DNA from: the human T2T-CHM13v2.0 reference genome, Homo sapiens
Reading direction: 5' to 3' (one strand)
Assembly: GCF_009914755.1 (NCBI RefSeq)
Contig: NC_060948.1
DNA length: 64,000 bases
In this document: in pieces, positions 1 to 12,923 of the stretch
How the letters are laid out: every line of letters starts with the position of its first letter
Position numbering within the stretch: position 1 is the stretch's first letter
The notes under the pieces: generated by a model
Databases searched by the model: none
What the model was told of the DNA's origin: nothing
What the model saw: the letters and a program-made list of their open reading frames with translations, nothing else
Made by a program: the position numbers and the translations under genes

Positions 1-935
1 TTGGCTGCATAAATGTCTTCTTTTGAGAAGTGTCTGTTCATATTCTTTGCCCCATTTTGTGGTAGGGTTGTTTGCTTTTTTCTTTTAAATTTGTTTAAGT
101 TCTTTGTAGATTCTGTGTATTAGCCCTTTGTCAGATGGATAGATTGCAAAAATTGTCTCTCATTCTGTAGATTGCCTGTTCACTCTGGTGATAGTTTCTT
201 TTGCTGCACATAAGCTCTTTAGTTTAATTAGATCCCATTTGTCAATTTTCGCTTTTATTGCCATTGCTTTTGGTGTTTTAGACATGAAGTCTTTACCCAC
301 GCCTATGTCCTGAATGGTATTGCCCAGCTTTTCTTCTAGGGTTTTTATAGTCCTAGGTCTTACATTAAAGTCTTTGATCCATCCTGAGTTGATTTTTGTA
401 TGAAGCATAAGGAAGGGGGGTCCGGTTTTGGTTTTCTGCATATGACTAGCCAGTTTTCCCAACACCATTTGTTAAATAGAGAATCTTTTCCCCATTGCTT
501 GTGAGTGTCAGGTTTCTCAAGAATCAGATGGTTGTAGATGTGTGGTGTTATTTTTGAGGCACCCGTTCTGTTCCATTGGTCTATATCTCTGTTTTGGTAC
601 CAGTACCATGCTGTTTTGGTTACTTTAGCCTTGTAGTAAAGTTTGAAGTCAGGTAGCATGATGCCTCCAGCTTTGTTATTTTTTGCCCAGGATTGTCTTC
701 ACTATGTGGGCTCTTTTTTGCTTCCATATGAAGTTTAAAGTAGTTTTTTCCAATTCTGTGAAGAAAGTCATTGGTACCTTGATGGGGATAGTATTGAATC
801 TATAAATTACTTTGGGCCGTAAGACTATTTTCATGATATTGATTCTTCCTCTCTAAGAGCATGGAATGTTTTTCCATTTGTTTTTGTCCTCTTTTATTTT
901 GTTGAGCAGTGGTTTGTAGTTCTTCTTGAAGAATT
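1..935 (-). mobile_element. L1PA LINE-1, 3' half of ORF2 (broken), runs off window start
   Basis: ORFs 160..468 and 360..659 translate to L1 ORF2p ([38 protein letters not shown]). Confidence 0.95.
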
Positions 936-2790
<1,855 letters not shown>

Positions 2791-2890
2791 CAGTGGTATG
2801 TATACTAGCGACACTATAAACAAAATTAAAAGAATTTTTTTTTACTTTGGTTTTTAACTTGTATTCATTTATTTTGAACTGACAAGCAAA

Positions 2891-3085
2891 GCCTGGCTAC
2901 AGAGCCTTATGCTTGTAATCCCGGAATTTTGGGAGCTCAAGCTTCTGGGCCTAAGAGAGGTGAGAGAATTGTTTGGGCCCAGGAATTTGATGCTTCAGTG
3001 AGCTGTAATAATTTCACTGGAATCTATCCTGGGTGACAGAGTGAAACCCTGTTTTCCTGGCCAAAAAAATAAATATATAAATAAA
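2891..3085 (+). mobile_element. Old Alu monomer (FRAM/AluJ-like)
   Basis: gcttgtaatcc...cctgggtgacagagtgaaaccct followed by an A-rich tail. Confidence 0.7.
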
Positions 3086-4219
3086 TGTCACATTAACCAT
3101 AGCTGCAGATCTCAGTTTATGGTATATATTAAGCAGTTCACCTTTATCTTTTAATGTGACTTTTCTCTTCCTCTTGGGAGCACTTTTAAAATTACTAGTG
3201 GCATTTCATATAATTTCCATGGCATTTTTCATGATTTACAGCATTGCATTAAATATGATGAAAAATATTGGACCTGAGAAACAGAAGGTATTTCTTTTTT
3301 ACTGATACAATGCAGTTTACTGGAGAGAAGAATTTCTCCTATGGAGATAATTGTTAGTGTCCCATGACTTTTTAGACATATACTCACAACAGCTGATCTC
3401 ACTGCAATATCAACAGCAGGTGGTATGAAATTATTACAGTAGTGCAGCATGTGCTATAATCAATCTTCTTCCTTCCTTTCCCCTTCCCTTTACCTTTCCC
3501 ATACCGTTTCCTTGTATCTTTCTTTCTTTCCTTTCTTTCTTCTTTCTTTATTTTCACAGGGTCTCATGCTCTTGCCCTGGCTGGAGTGCAGCACTGCAAT
3601 CATGACCCACTGCAGCCTTGATCTCCTAGGGCTCAGACGATTCTCCCATCTCAGCTTCCCCAGTTGCTGGGATTACAAGCATGCCCCATCATGCTCAGCT
3701 AATTTTTGTATTTTTTGTAGAAATGGATTTTGCCATGTTGCTCAGGCTGGTGTTGAACTCCTGAGCTCAAGCAGTCCTCCCATCTTGGCCTTCTGTAGTG
3801 CTGGGATTATAGGGGTGAGCTACTGCACGTAGCTTACTAAAGTTTAATCTTATGCTGTATGATTTCATACTATATCTTTACATTTGTTTACATTTTCCTT
3901 GACTGCAAGTGGCTCTGTGTACAGCTGTCATCTGTGCATGTTTTGATAAATTTTAATGTTTTATCACAGATTTATGTTCATTTTATAGTTGTCCATTTCA
4001 CAATAGAGTAGTATCTACATACATTCATGCATTCATGAAATCCCTACTTTTCTGTCAATTTTTTTCAATATTTCTATGCTGTGAAGCTGGTGAGCTTTTT
4101 TTTTACATTCTTGCAACTTTCTACCTCCAAAATGTCTAATATATTTCTTGCCAAAAAGTTTCCACATATAAGTGGATCCATGTAGTTGAAGCCTGTTTCC
4201 TTGTTTCAGGGACAACTAT
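3086..4219 (-). mobile_element. Tigger2-family (MER28-like) DNA transposon fragment, interrupted by AluJ
   Basis: Terminus ataagtggatccatgtagttgaagcc..ttgtttcagggacaacta matches the Tigger2/MER28 TIR region. Confidence 0.7.
3465..3835 (-). mobile_element. AluJ with pyrimidine-rich expanded tail
   Basis: ggctggagtgcagcactgcaatcatgacccactgcagccttgatctcc; gaactcctgagctcaagc (J-type). Confidence 0.88.
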
Positions 4220-4728
4220 ATTTGGATCAACGGTAAGAATACAGGAGGTGGTAATTTGGAATCAAGATAAAATAAAAGGAAGTACACAGAGGAAAAGTAG
4301 AACCATTATTGAAAGTTTAATACTTATTGCTGTTTGTGATATATTCTTGCAGTACAGATCTCACCTGTGTGTTTATTCAATAAGTATTTTTGACCCATAA
4401 CCTAGGTGCTAGAGATAAACAAAGAAGGCATGGTTTTACTCTGAGAGAGTCTATATAATGTTGGGAATTTACTTAAGCTGATTTCTTCATTGTTAGTCTA
4501 TAGCAGAGGACATGAAAAATTCTAACTTACTTGCATAAGATGGCCACAGAGAAAAGGAATTCATTCACCATAAAGAAGGAAACTTACAGAATTTTACTTT
4601 ATTTTATTTTCAACAAAATTTTCGTATGTCTCCCACCTTTTTATGAAGATTTGGGTTTTTACTGTTATTATTGCTTAATGTAATACTATGATCTTATCTG
4701 GAATGACTCTTATTTTTGTTTTAATCAG

Positions 4729-4854
4729 AATTGATCATAAAATGTCAAGTACTCACATGAACTGTAAACTGAGGCACAGGCTATAATGAGTGAGATTGGC
4801 ACTATCAAGAAAGCTATTTGTATGGGAGAGAAGGAGAGATGAGTCCTGATTCAA
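4729..4854 (+). pseudogene. WWC3 (pseudogene): Unprocessed WWC3-like pseudogene, exon relic 1 (homologous to KIBRA-family exon 6)
   Basis: Acceptor ttttaatcag, then IDHKMSSTHMNCKL/(frameshift)/AQAIMSEIGTIKKAICMGEKER*VLIQ versus recalled WWC3 [43 protein letters not shown] (30/43 identical). Lesions: 4-nt deletion near 4771, TGA at 4840-4842, donor mutated to ATAAGG. Confidence 0.88.
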
Positions 4855-5016
4855 ATAAGGCTTGGGTACCACTGCTGGGCAGGCCTCTTATTTATCCACC
4901 TGTCCAACTGTGCCTAATTTCCTTTTACTTAAAAAAGAAAAGTGTGTATATGTATATGCTTAGTCCTCCCATCTTGGCCTCCTATAGTGCTGCCTCATCT
5001 ATGTCTATCTATGCAC

Positions 5017-6110
5017 GTTTTATTATTTTTAATTTATAATGGACAAATAACAATTGTACATATTTATAGGATACAAAGAGATATTTCAATGAATATATAC
5101 GTAGTACAATAATGAAATTGATGAAATAATTAGCATATTCATTAACCATTTGTTATTAACTTTAGTCATTTATCATTTCCTTGTGTTGACATTCTAACAT
5201 TACTCTGCCACGATCATGAAATATACAATACACTGCTTGTTGCTATAGTCACCCTACTGGGTAGATAGCACCAAATCTGATTTTTCATGTCTAATGCTAA
5301 CTTTGTACCTACTGACCAATCCGGTCTTTCTCAGTCCTCTACCTTGCTCATTCTCTGGTAACAACTATTCTACCCTGCTTCTGTATAAAATTCACTTAGG
5401 TTCTGCATATGAGTGACAACATGTGTTGTTTAATTTTCTGTGTGTGGCTTACTTCACTTATCATAATGTCTTCCAGCTTTTTCCATGTTTCAGCAAATGA
5501 AAGGATTTAATACTGTTTTATGGCTTAATAGTGTTTCATTGAATGTATATGCCATATTTTCTTTATCCATTAATCACTAGGCAATTAGGTTGATTCCCTA
5601 TCTTGGCTTTTGTGAATATTGCTGCAGTAAACATAGGTGTGCAGACGTGTTTCTGATATACTTCGTTTTTTTTTTACAGCTACATATACAGCAATTACTT
5701 TGCTGAGTCAGATGGTTATTGTAGTTTTAATTTTTAAAGTAAACTCCATACTATTTTTCATAGTGTTTATATTACTTTCCTTCACATCAACAGTGTGTTA
5801 GAATTGTCTTTTCTCTGTATTCTCATCTCATTAGTTATGTTTTGTCTTTTTAATAATATTAATTCTTATGAATATTATGTTATTCTTATTAATATTAGTT
5901 ATTAATCCTGATTAACATTAATTATTAATTTTATATTATTAATTCTTACTGGAGTAAGATGGTATCTCACTGTGGTTTTGACTTGCATTTTTCTGATTAT
6001 TAGTGATGTTAAGCATTTTTCATATATTTATTGGTCATACCTAAAAATCTATTAGGTATTTTTCCCATTTTTTAATTACATAATTTTTTCCTATTGCATG
6101 TATATTTTAA
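5017..6110 (-). mobile_element. L1MA-type 3' end with internal AT-rich expansion
   Basis: Typical L1MA 3'UTR and ORF2-end motifs (ggtaacaactattctac, ggagtaagatggtatctcactgtggttttg). Confidence 0.8.
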
Positions 6111-6929
6111 TATTTATCATACATAATGTATAACTAATTTTACGGACTTAAAGTGTGTTTTGAAAATAGGGGAAAAAGTCACATTGTTTAGCAATCAAAA
6201 TAATTTTGAAGGAGTTCTGCTATCACCATTTCCCCTCCTATGGCAACTTTATTTGTTCATTATTTATTAGTTTATAGTTTTATTTATTAGTTTATTGTGT
6301 ATGCATCTAACGTTTATGCACACACATAAAAATATGAATGCATATGCAACTGCCCTCATAACAAATTTACTTAGTAAGCACACTTTTCTATACTAGCTTA
6401 CTAATATATTATCCTACATGTGTACACTAAGAACTTTTTTGTTTTGTTATAGTTGTGTAATATTTCAGAGTTTGGATGTTTCTTTTTTATTTTTATTTAT
6501 TCATTTTTTGGTCCCTATTCTGTAGCTTCTGTTATTTTTATTAAAAAAATTGAGCTTTTGAAGATGGGTGCATGATGGTTATTTTGCTTAATTTTCTCTG
6601 TATTCTCATCAGTATTAGTTACTTTTTGCTTTTTTTATAGTATTAATCCTTACTGGAGTAAGATGGTATCTCACTGTGGTTTTGCCTTGCATTTTGCTTA
6701 ATGTTTGAGTGTATTCAGTTGTTTCTGTTTTTTTTTTTTGTTGTTGATTTAATCCTGTAAGTGAGCACCTAGCACTTTATAAACATTAGTCTAAATACCA
6801 TACAAGGTAAGACCTGCCGTATAAATGAAGTGAAGCTCAGACTCATAGGCAAAATGAGAGAAATATACAAATAACCATGTCTATTGTAGTGCTTTGTGAT
6901 GTCTCAGCTGTGGACAAATTGTCTAGTCT

Positions 6930-7045
6930 GAGTGATTATTAAAATGCAGATTATTGGGCCCCACCCTAGAACTACTGAAACGGAATCTATTTTTATGGGG
7001 CACAGAAATCTGTATTTATAAATGACCACTCAAGATTATAAAAAG
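6930..7045. mobile_element. MER5-family hAT fossil
   Basis: aaaatgcagattattgggccccaccctagaactactgaaacggaatct...aatctgtattt. Confidence 0.7.
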
Positions 7046-7330
7046 GCAATGATGAATTATTAGATTTACTGAATATTGGTAAGAAGAGTGGGTACCACTT
7101 ACTGAGGACTCCGTGTATGCAGAATTGAACAAGTTGCTCTGCATATATTACCCATATAGTGCTATCCAAAACCCCAAATATGTAAAAAGTGTGAATTAGG
7201 TGGTATTTCATGACAGGCTTCCCTGCAGGAGGTCAGCCAGTGTTCGTGCTATGCCTTCTCTCATACTATAATATACAGCACTGGGGTTTGCCACCAAATT
7301 GCCTTCTTGGGTTCTCCCCAATGGCAAAAC

Positions 7331-8180
7331 AATATATTAATAATTATTAATAATATTAATATATTATGCATTGCAATATATTGATTAATTAATATATAAT
7401 ATATTATTAATATAATATTACATTAATATAATCATATTAATTGTATATTAATTATTTTAAAATATATTATTAATGTATTATATCAATTACATTATGAATC
7501 ATATATTAATTATATACTTACAATTATATATTTATATATAATTATATAAATAATTATATGTATTATTTATATTAGCAATAACATATTAACATATTATAAT
7601 TAATACATAATAATATAAGCTAAATATATAATATATGCTTAATAGATTATAATATATTAATAACATATAATGATTACTATATCACAATATAGTAATACTA
7701 ATATTAATATACTGTTAGTTATAATATATTAATAATTATATAATGTATGATATGTTAATTAGTATGTATCATGATATATTAATAAATATATAATTATTAA
7801 TAAATAATGTAAAATATATTAATAAATAATGTATCATCCTATATTAATAATTAATATATCATATTATATAGTTACTGCAGTATAATAATATTTAATATAG
7901 TGTGATATATTAATGATTAATATAGTGATATATTAATGATTAATATAGTATGATATATACTGTATTATATATCATACTCCCAAAAATGTTTGTCAATCTA
8001 TGCTCTAAAAAAAGTCTGTTAATAAACATTTAAATTAAATTAATATAGTATATTATACTATGTTATATATCATACTATATTAAGCATTAATATATCATAC
8101 TATATTATCATACTATATATCATACTATATTATATAATATACTATGTTAATTATTAATATATCATGATATATTAATACAT
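7331..8180. repeat. AT-rich low-complexity tract with internal inverted repeats
   Basis: About 850 bp of degenerate TA/TAATA repeats. Inverted arms at 7927-7959/8064-8096 and 7947-7959/7966-7978. Confidence 0.9.
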
Positions 8181-8566
8181 TTCTAGAAGAAGCTTGATGT
8201 CCTCACATCCTTTTTGAAGCCTCCATGGTCTCTAAAGTCCTCTTCCACTATATTCAAATAAGTTATTTTGTCTTTTTTATACTACTTAACAGTGTTGATC
8301 TCTTGCGAGAAGAAGCCTTTATCTGGAGCCAGCTCCATAATTTATTCTGTGTTGGATATTATGTTTCTTGAGTTGGAAGGTGAATATATTTAAAAATATA
8401 AAATAAATTATAGAAAAATATGATTTTTATTTAATTCATACACTTAGAGGTTCTATTTGCCAGAATACAAACTTTCTTTAATTTTTGGCAAATTAGCATT
8501 CCTATGAGATTACTTTGACCATATATAATTGTGATAAAAATAGCAAATTATAAAAAAAAACACAAT

Positions 8567-9134
8567 GTCCAGATAAGATGGCTCTTGCCTGTAACCTGGC
8601 ATTTTGGGAGGCTGAAGCAGGAGAATCACTTGAGGCCAGGAGTTCAAGAGCAGTGTGGGCAACATAGTGAGACCTCATTTCTATAAAAACTTTAAAAAAT
8701 TAGCTGGGCATGGTTTGTGTGCCTAGAGCCAGGTTCTCATAAGACTGCAGCGGAAAGATTGCTTGAGCCCAAGTGTTTGAGACTGACCTAGGCAACATAG
8801 TGAGACATTTTCTGTACAGAAAATAATTAGCTAGGCATGGAGATGTGTGTTCTTAACCCCAGCTAATCTAAAGGCTGAGGCAAGAGAAGCTCGTGAGGCC
8901 AGGAGTTTGAGACAAGCATGGCAACTGAGGAAGACCCTATTTCTACAAAAAACAGAAAATTACATGGGTGTGGTGGCATATGGCTGTTGTCCCACTTACT
9001 TGTGAGGCTGAGGCAAGAGTTTGTTTGAGTCTAGGACACTGATTCTGCCAGTGAGCCATGACTGTATCACAGCATTCCACCCTGTGTGACAAGAGCAAGA
9101 CCCAGTCTCTAAGAAAATAATAAAATAAAAATAA
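8567..9134 (+). mobile_element. Tetrameric AluJ-like element (four monomers in tandem)
   Basis: Left monomer, two hybrid monomers each ending in a left-arm motif (gagac..ggcaac..gagac..tctacaaaa), then a right monomer and A-tail. Confidence 0.75.
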
Positions 9135-9161
9135 CAGGAATATGTCAGCAAAATGGCAGAC

Positions 9162-9329
9162 TCGGTAGTTCCAAGCATTTGTATCTACACAAAAAGAAGT
9201 AGTAGTCTAAATCAACTTTGTAAGAGTTCTGGAAAACAGTCAAAGGTTTGTAGTAACCAAGGAAATGTACAGTCAAGGAAAGATGGCTGGGCATGGTGGC
9301 TTATTACCTTTATTCTTGTGATTCGGTTT
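9162..9329 (+). repeat. Left arm of 168-bp inverted repeat (within an old L1M 5'-end-like fragment)
   Basis: Reverse complement of 10437-10604, with 5 mismatches by manual alignment. Confidence 0.95.
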
Positions 9330-9373
9330 CTCAAAAAATTGGCAAATCATTAACAGACACAATTTTTTTAGAG

Positions 9374-9584
9374 CATAGATTGGCAAACATTTTTGGTAGA
9401 GGGCCAGAAAGTAAGTATTTTAGGTTTTGCAGAATATACTCTGTTTCCAGTATTCAGCTCTGCAGAAAAGCAGCTATAGACAACAGGTGAACAAATAGAT
9501 GTGGCTGTGTCCCTTTAATAGTTTACTTATAGAACTAGTCCACCGATAAGACACGGTCTCTGGGCCACAGTTGGCCAATCCCTG
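9374..9584. mobile_element. MER58A hAT fossil
   Basis: ttggcaaacatttttggtagagggccag...aaagcagctatagacaac...gggccacagttggccaatccctg. Confidence 0.8.
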
Positions 9585-9639
9585 GCCTAAAACAGTAGTT
9601 TCTGAAGACTTTATAGTTTTACTACTCTTGGCAATTTTG

Positions 9640-9793
9640 TTTTTCTTTTTCTTTTTCCCTTTTTAATTTTTTTATAGAGATAGTGCCTCACTGTGTTGCC
9701 CAGGCTGATCTTGAGCTTCTGTGCTGAAGCAATCCTCTTGCCTTGGCCACCCAAATTGTTGCGATTACAGACATGGGCTACCATATGTAGCCT
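9640..9793 (-). mobile_element. FLAM (Alu left monomer)
   Basis: Single monomer with T-tail: ctcactgtgttgcccaggctg...gattacagacatgggctacc. Confidence 0.8.
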
Positions 9794-10436
9794 GAACAGT
9801 TTCTTGTTCTTCTAAAACTATATCAGGAAATGGACCTGAATTAAAATAAATTTTATTTGAGATTTTGGAGAATTTTAAAATGCCCTTTGATAATTTATGA
9901 AGCCTTGAATTAGCCATAAAATCACAGTTGGTAATTGCTACTTGAAGCAGGATTGTGAATATTTTTAAATGCTACTTTTAATCTTATTAAATGAAACATT
10001 ATTAAATGGAAAGGCATTGGACTTTTGCATTTACTTAAGGCTTAAGATGAAATATCAGTGGAATGCAGAAGACATAAAAATATCAAAAGAAAGAAAAAGG
10101 GGAAAATATTAAAAAAAAAACAGAAATAATTAGCTACTATTTTGGAATTTTAGCAAATATTGCATAGTATAGTTAATAATGACAGTCCATGTTTTAGATT
10201 TTCCACAACAGCCTATGTGCACATACATATTTTTACCACTTGTATTCTTTGGTTTAAAGTATATGGTCAAACTCTTTATCACATAGAGAAGAATCTATAA
10301 CAAAAAAAGATTTTTTTCCCTAATGATTTTGTAGTGAGTATAAGAAAGAGACATGGGACCCACTGAATTTCTTTAATAATTTATTGCTTTTTATAATAAG
10401 ATTAGGAATAGAATTTAGATATTCTTAAACCAGTTT

Positions 10437-10604
10437 AAACTGAATCACAAGAATAAAGGTAATAAGCCACCATGCCCAGCCATCTTTCCTTGACTGTACA
10501 TTTCCTTGGTTACTACAAACCTTTGACTGTTTTTCAGAACTCTTACAAAGTTGATTTAGACTGCTACTTCTTTTTGTGTAGATACAAATGCTTGGAGCTA
10601 CTGA
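10437..10604 (-). repeat. Right arm of 168-bp inverted repeat
   Basis: Inverted copy of 9162-9329. Its left junction contains the palindrome cagtttaaactg (10431-10442). Confidence 0.95.
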
Positions 10605-10741
10605 ATAGTTCTTTAATTACTTAGGTAGAATGTCCTAAAAATAGCAAGTAGGTTGCAGGCAAGTTATGCAGTTGTTATCCTTGTTTATGAGGCTGGCACT
10701 GGGCTGGCTGCTTCCCAGATATCATCTCATGGATGGAAGTA

Positions 10742-11042
<301 letters not shown>

Positions 11043-11224
11043 CCCCACATGAAAGTATTGTTGCATCCATGTTTGATGGGGAAACAGTTGTTAGTTTACT
11101 AAGGTCATGTAGCCAGGAGAGGCAGGTATGGGTTTAAATATTTCTGACTTCAAAACCATGTAAAATGTGTCAAAATATATATCAATAAATATATCAGATA
11201 TTCAAATATATTTTTTCAAGTGTT

Positions 11225-11542
11225 TCTTTTTGTTTGTTTCTTTATTTTTCTTTTGGTTGGGGGAAAGTGTCTTACTCTGTTGCCCTGGCTGGAGTACAGT
11301 GGCACAATCATGGCTCACTGCAGCCTCAAACTCCCAGGCTCAAGGGATCCTCCTGCCCCAACCTCCTAATTATCTGAGTCTGCAGGCATGCCCCTCCACG
11401 TCTTGCTAATTTTTAAATTTTTTTTGTATTTTCAGGACCTCCTTATGTTGCCCAGCCTGGTCTTGAAGTCCTGGTTTCCAGTAATTTGCCTGCCTCAGCC
11501 TCCCAAATTATTGGGATTACAGGTGTGAGCCACTGTGCCTGG
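11225..11542 (-). mobile_element. AluJ
   Basis: tcatggctcactgcagcctcaaactcccaggctcaag (J diagnostic); full dimer. Confidence 0.88.
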
Positions 11543-12328
11543 ACTGTTTTCAAATATGCCTTGACATGAAGTTATTAGAAATAAAAAGACTTATTGGTTA
11601 TAACATGTGGTCTAGTAAAGTGAGATCTATAGTTGGAGCAGGTTTATTGAAAATTCAGTTGTATGACTTTTCCAGAAAGGGAGAAGTAGTCAAGTTGAGC
11701 TATAGTTACCTTACATATGAATCTTTTTGTTTTCTCTAACATTTTATTCAGTTCAGTATAATTGATAATAAAAATATTTAAGTACAATTATTGAGTTCAT
11801 AACACCGTATTTTAAATCATACTACCCTTAAAGTAATATTCCCTTATACCAAGCATTTTTGATACTTTGTTTACCTTTTGTTCTTTTATATGCCATGAGA
11901 TATTGGAAGGATTCCTTTATTCCATACAACACACGACTCATTGGTCTTCTTAAGGTCTTGAACTTCTTACTAAATATCACTAATTTCTATTTACAAAGTG
12001 ATTTCCTTCTAAGAAAGTTTTTTTAGAAACTTCATTTCTTCTCATTGTATAAATTTATAAAACTGATTAGTACACTTTCACTGTTAAAAAAAAAAAAGTT
12101 CAGCAGTTTTGGTAAAGCGAAAAAAAAAAAAGCCATTCCCAACTCTTGTGGTCAAACATTCCTTAGAATGCTATTTGATCTAGCATTTTCTTCAGACTTT
12201 TTTAATAATTGAAATTGTGGAAAGATTAAAACAATATTATAAATTGTTGCTGAATGTTTAAATGGATTTTCTCTGTTGAGAATATGTTTTCAATATTATT
12301 TCCTTTTCTTTTTTTCTGCTCCTGAAAG

Positions 12329-12402
12329 TTTGATTTTCATCGTAAAACAAAGTTGGTACACCAACTAGGACTTAGTTGGCAGTATGAAGAAGCAAGAAAG
12401 AG
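12329..12402 (+). pseudogene. WWC3 (pseudogene): Unprocessed WWC3-like pseudogene, exon relic 2 (homologous to KIBRA-family exon 8, 74 nt)
   Basis: Polypyrimidine tract and AG acceptor; donor AG|GTAAGA. Open frame FDFHRKTKLVHQLGLSWQYEEARK(R) versus recalled WWC3 FVFDDKTRLVDRVRLNWQYEEARKR (16/25). Confidence 0.85.
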
Positions 12403-12726
12403 GTAAGACAGCCCATTTCAAAAATAATTCCTTCTGCTTACCTGCTTTTTCCAATAGAGAGAAATTTAACATAATTTATTTTGCTAGTGATATTAAAACT
12501 CTACCTGAAGATGGCTGTTTCCATGCCTTAACAGAAAATAACTTGTCATAAATTCTGCTTTTGCCCCTAAATAATCTTTATTTTTTAAAATCATATTATG
12601 TTTGTAGTGATCATCACTATGCTTCTTCCAGTTTTCTTTTGTAAACTTTCTCTTTTTGATTATATCTGTTTTTCCAAGGTATATTTAACAGAATAATAGA
12701 ACATTACCTCCCTAAAAACATAATTA

Positions 12727-12923
12727 ATATAGTTGTCAATCTTGGTACTACTGACATTTGTAGTATATTTGTATTGTGGGGAACTGTTTCATGCACTATG
12801 GGATGTTTAGCAGTTACCCTGGTCTCTACATACTAAATGCCAGTAGCTTTCCTTCTCCCAAAAATGCATCCATGCATCGTCTCATGAAATGGGGCATAAA
12901 ATTGTTTCTAGTTGAGAACCATT
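12727..12923. mobile_element. MER20 hAT fossil
   Basis: ggtactactgacatt...ggatgtttagcagttaccctggtctctac...gttgagaaccattg. Confidence 0.75.

Noticed and set aside
4500-4600. Possible WWC3 exon 5 relic upstream of exon 6
   Set aside because: Purine-rich, but no convincing peptide match or splice sites.
7331-8180. Repeat-spacer appearance suggesting a CRISPR-like array
   Set aside because: Degenerate AT low-complexity DNA in a primate genome, with no constant repeat and unique spacer periodicity.
8293-8379. Exon-like segment (ttaacag|...gaag|gtgaat) located between the two WWC3 exons
   Set aside because: No frame resembles the expected WWC3 exon 7 peptide, and the length does not fit.
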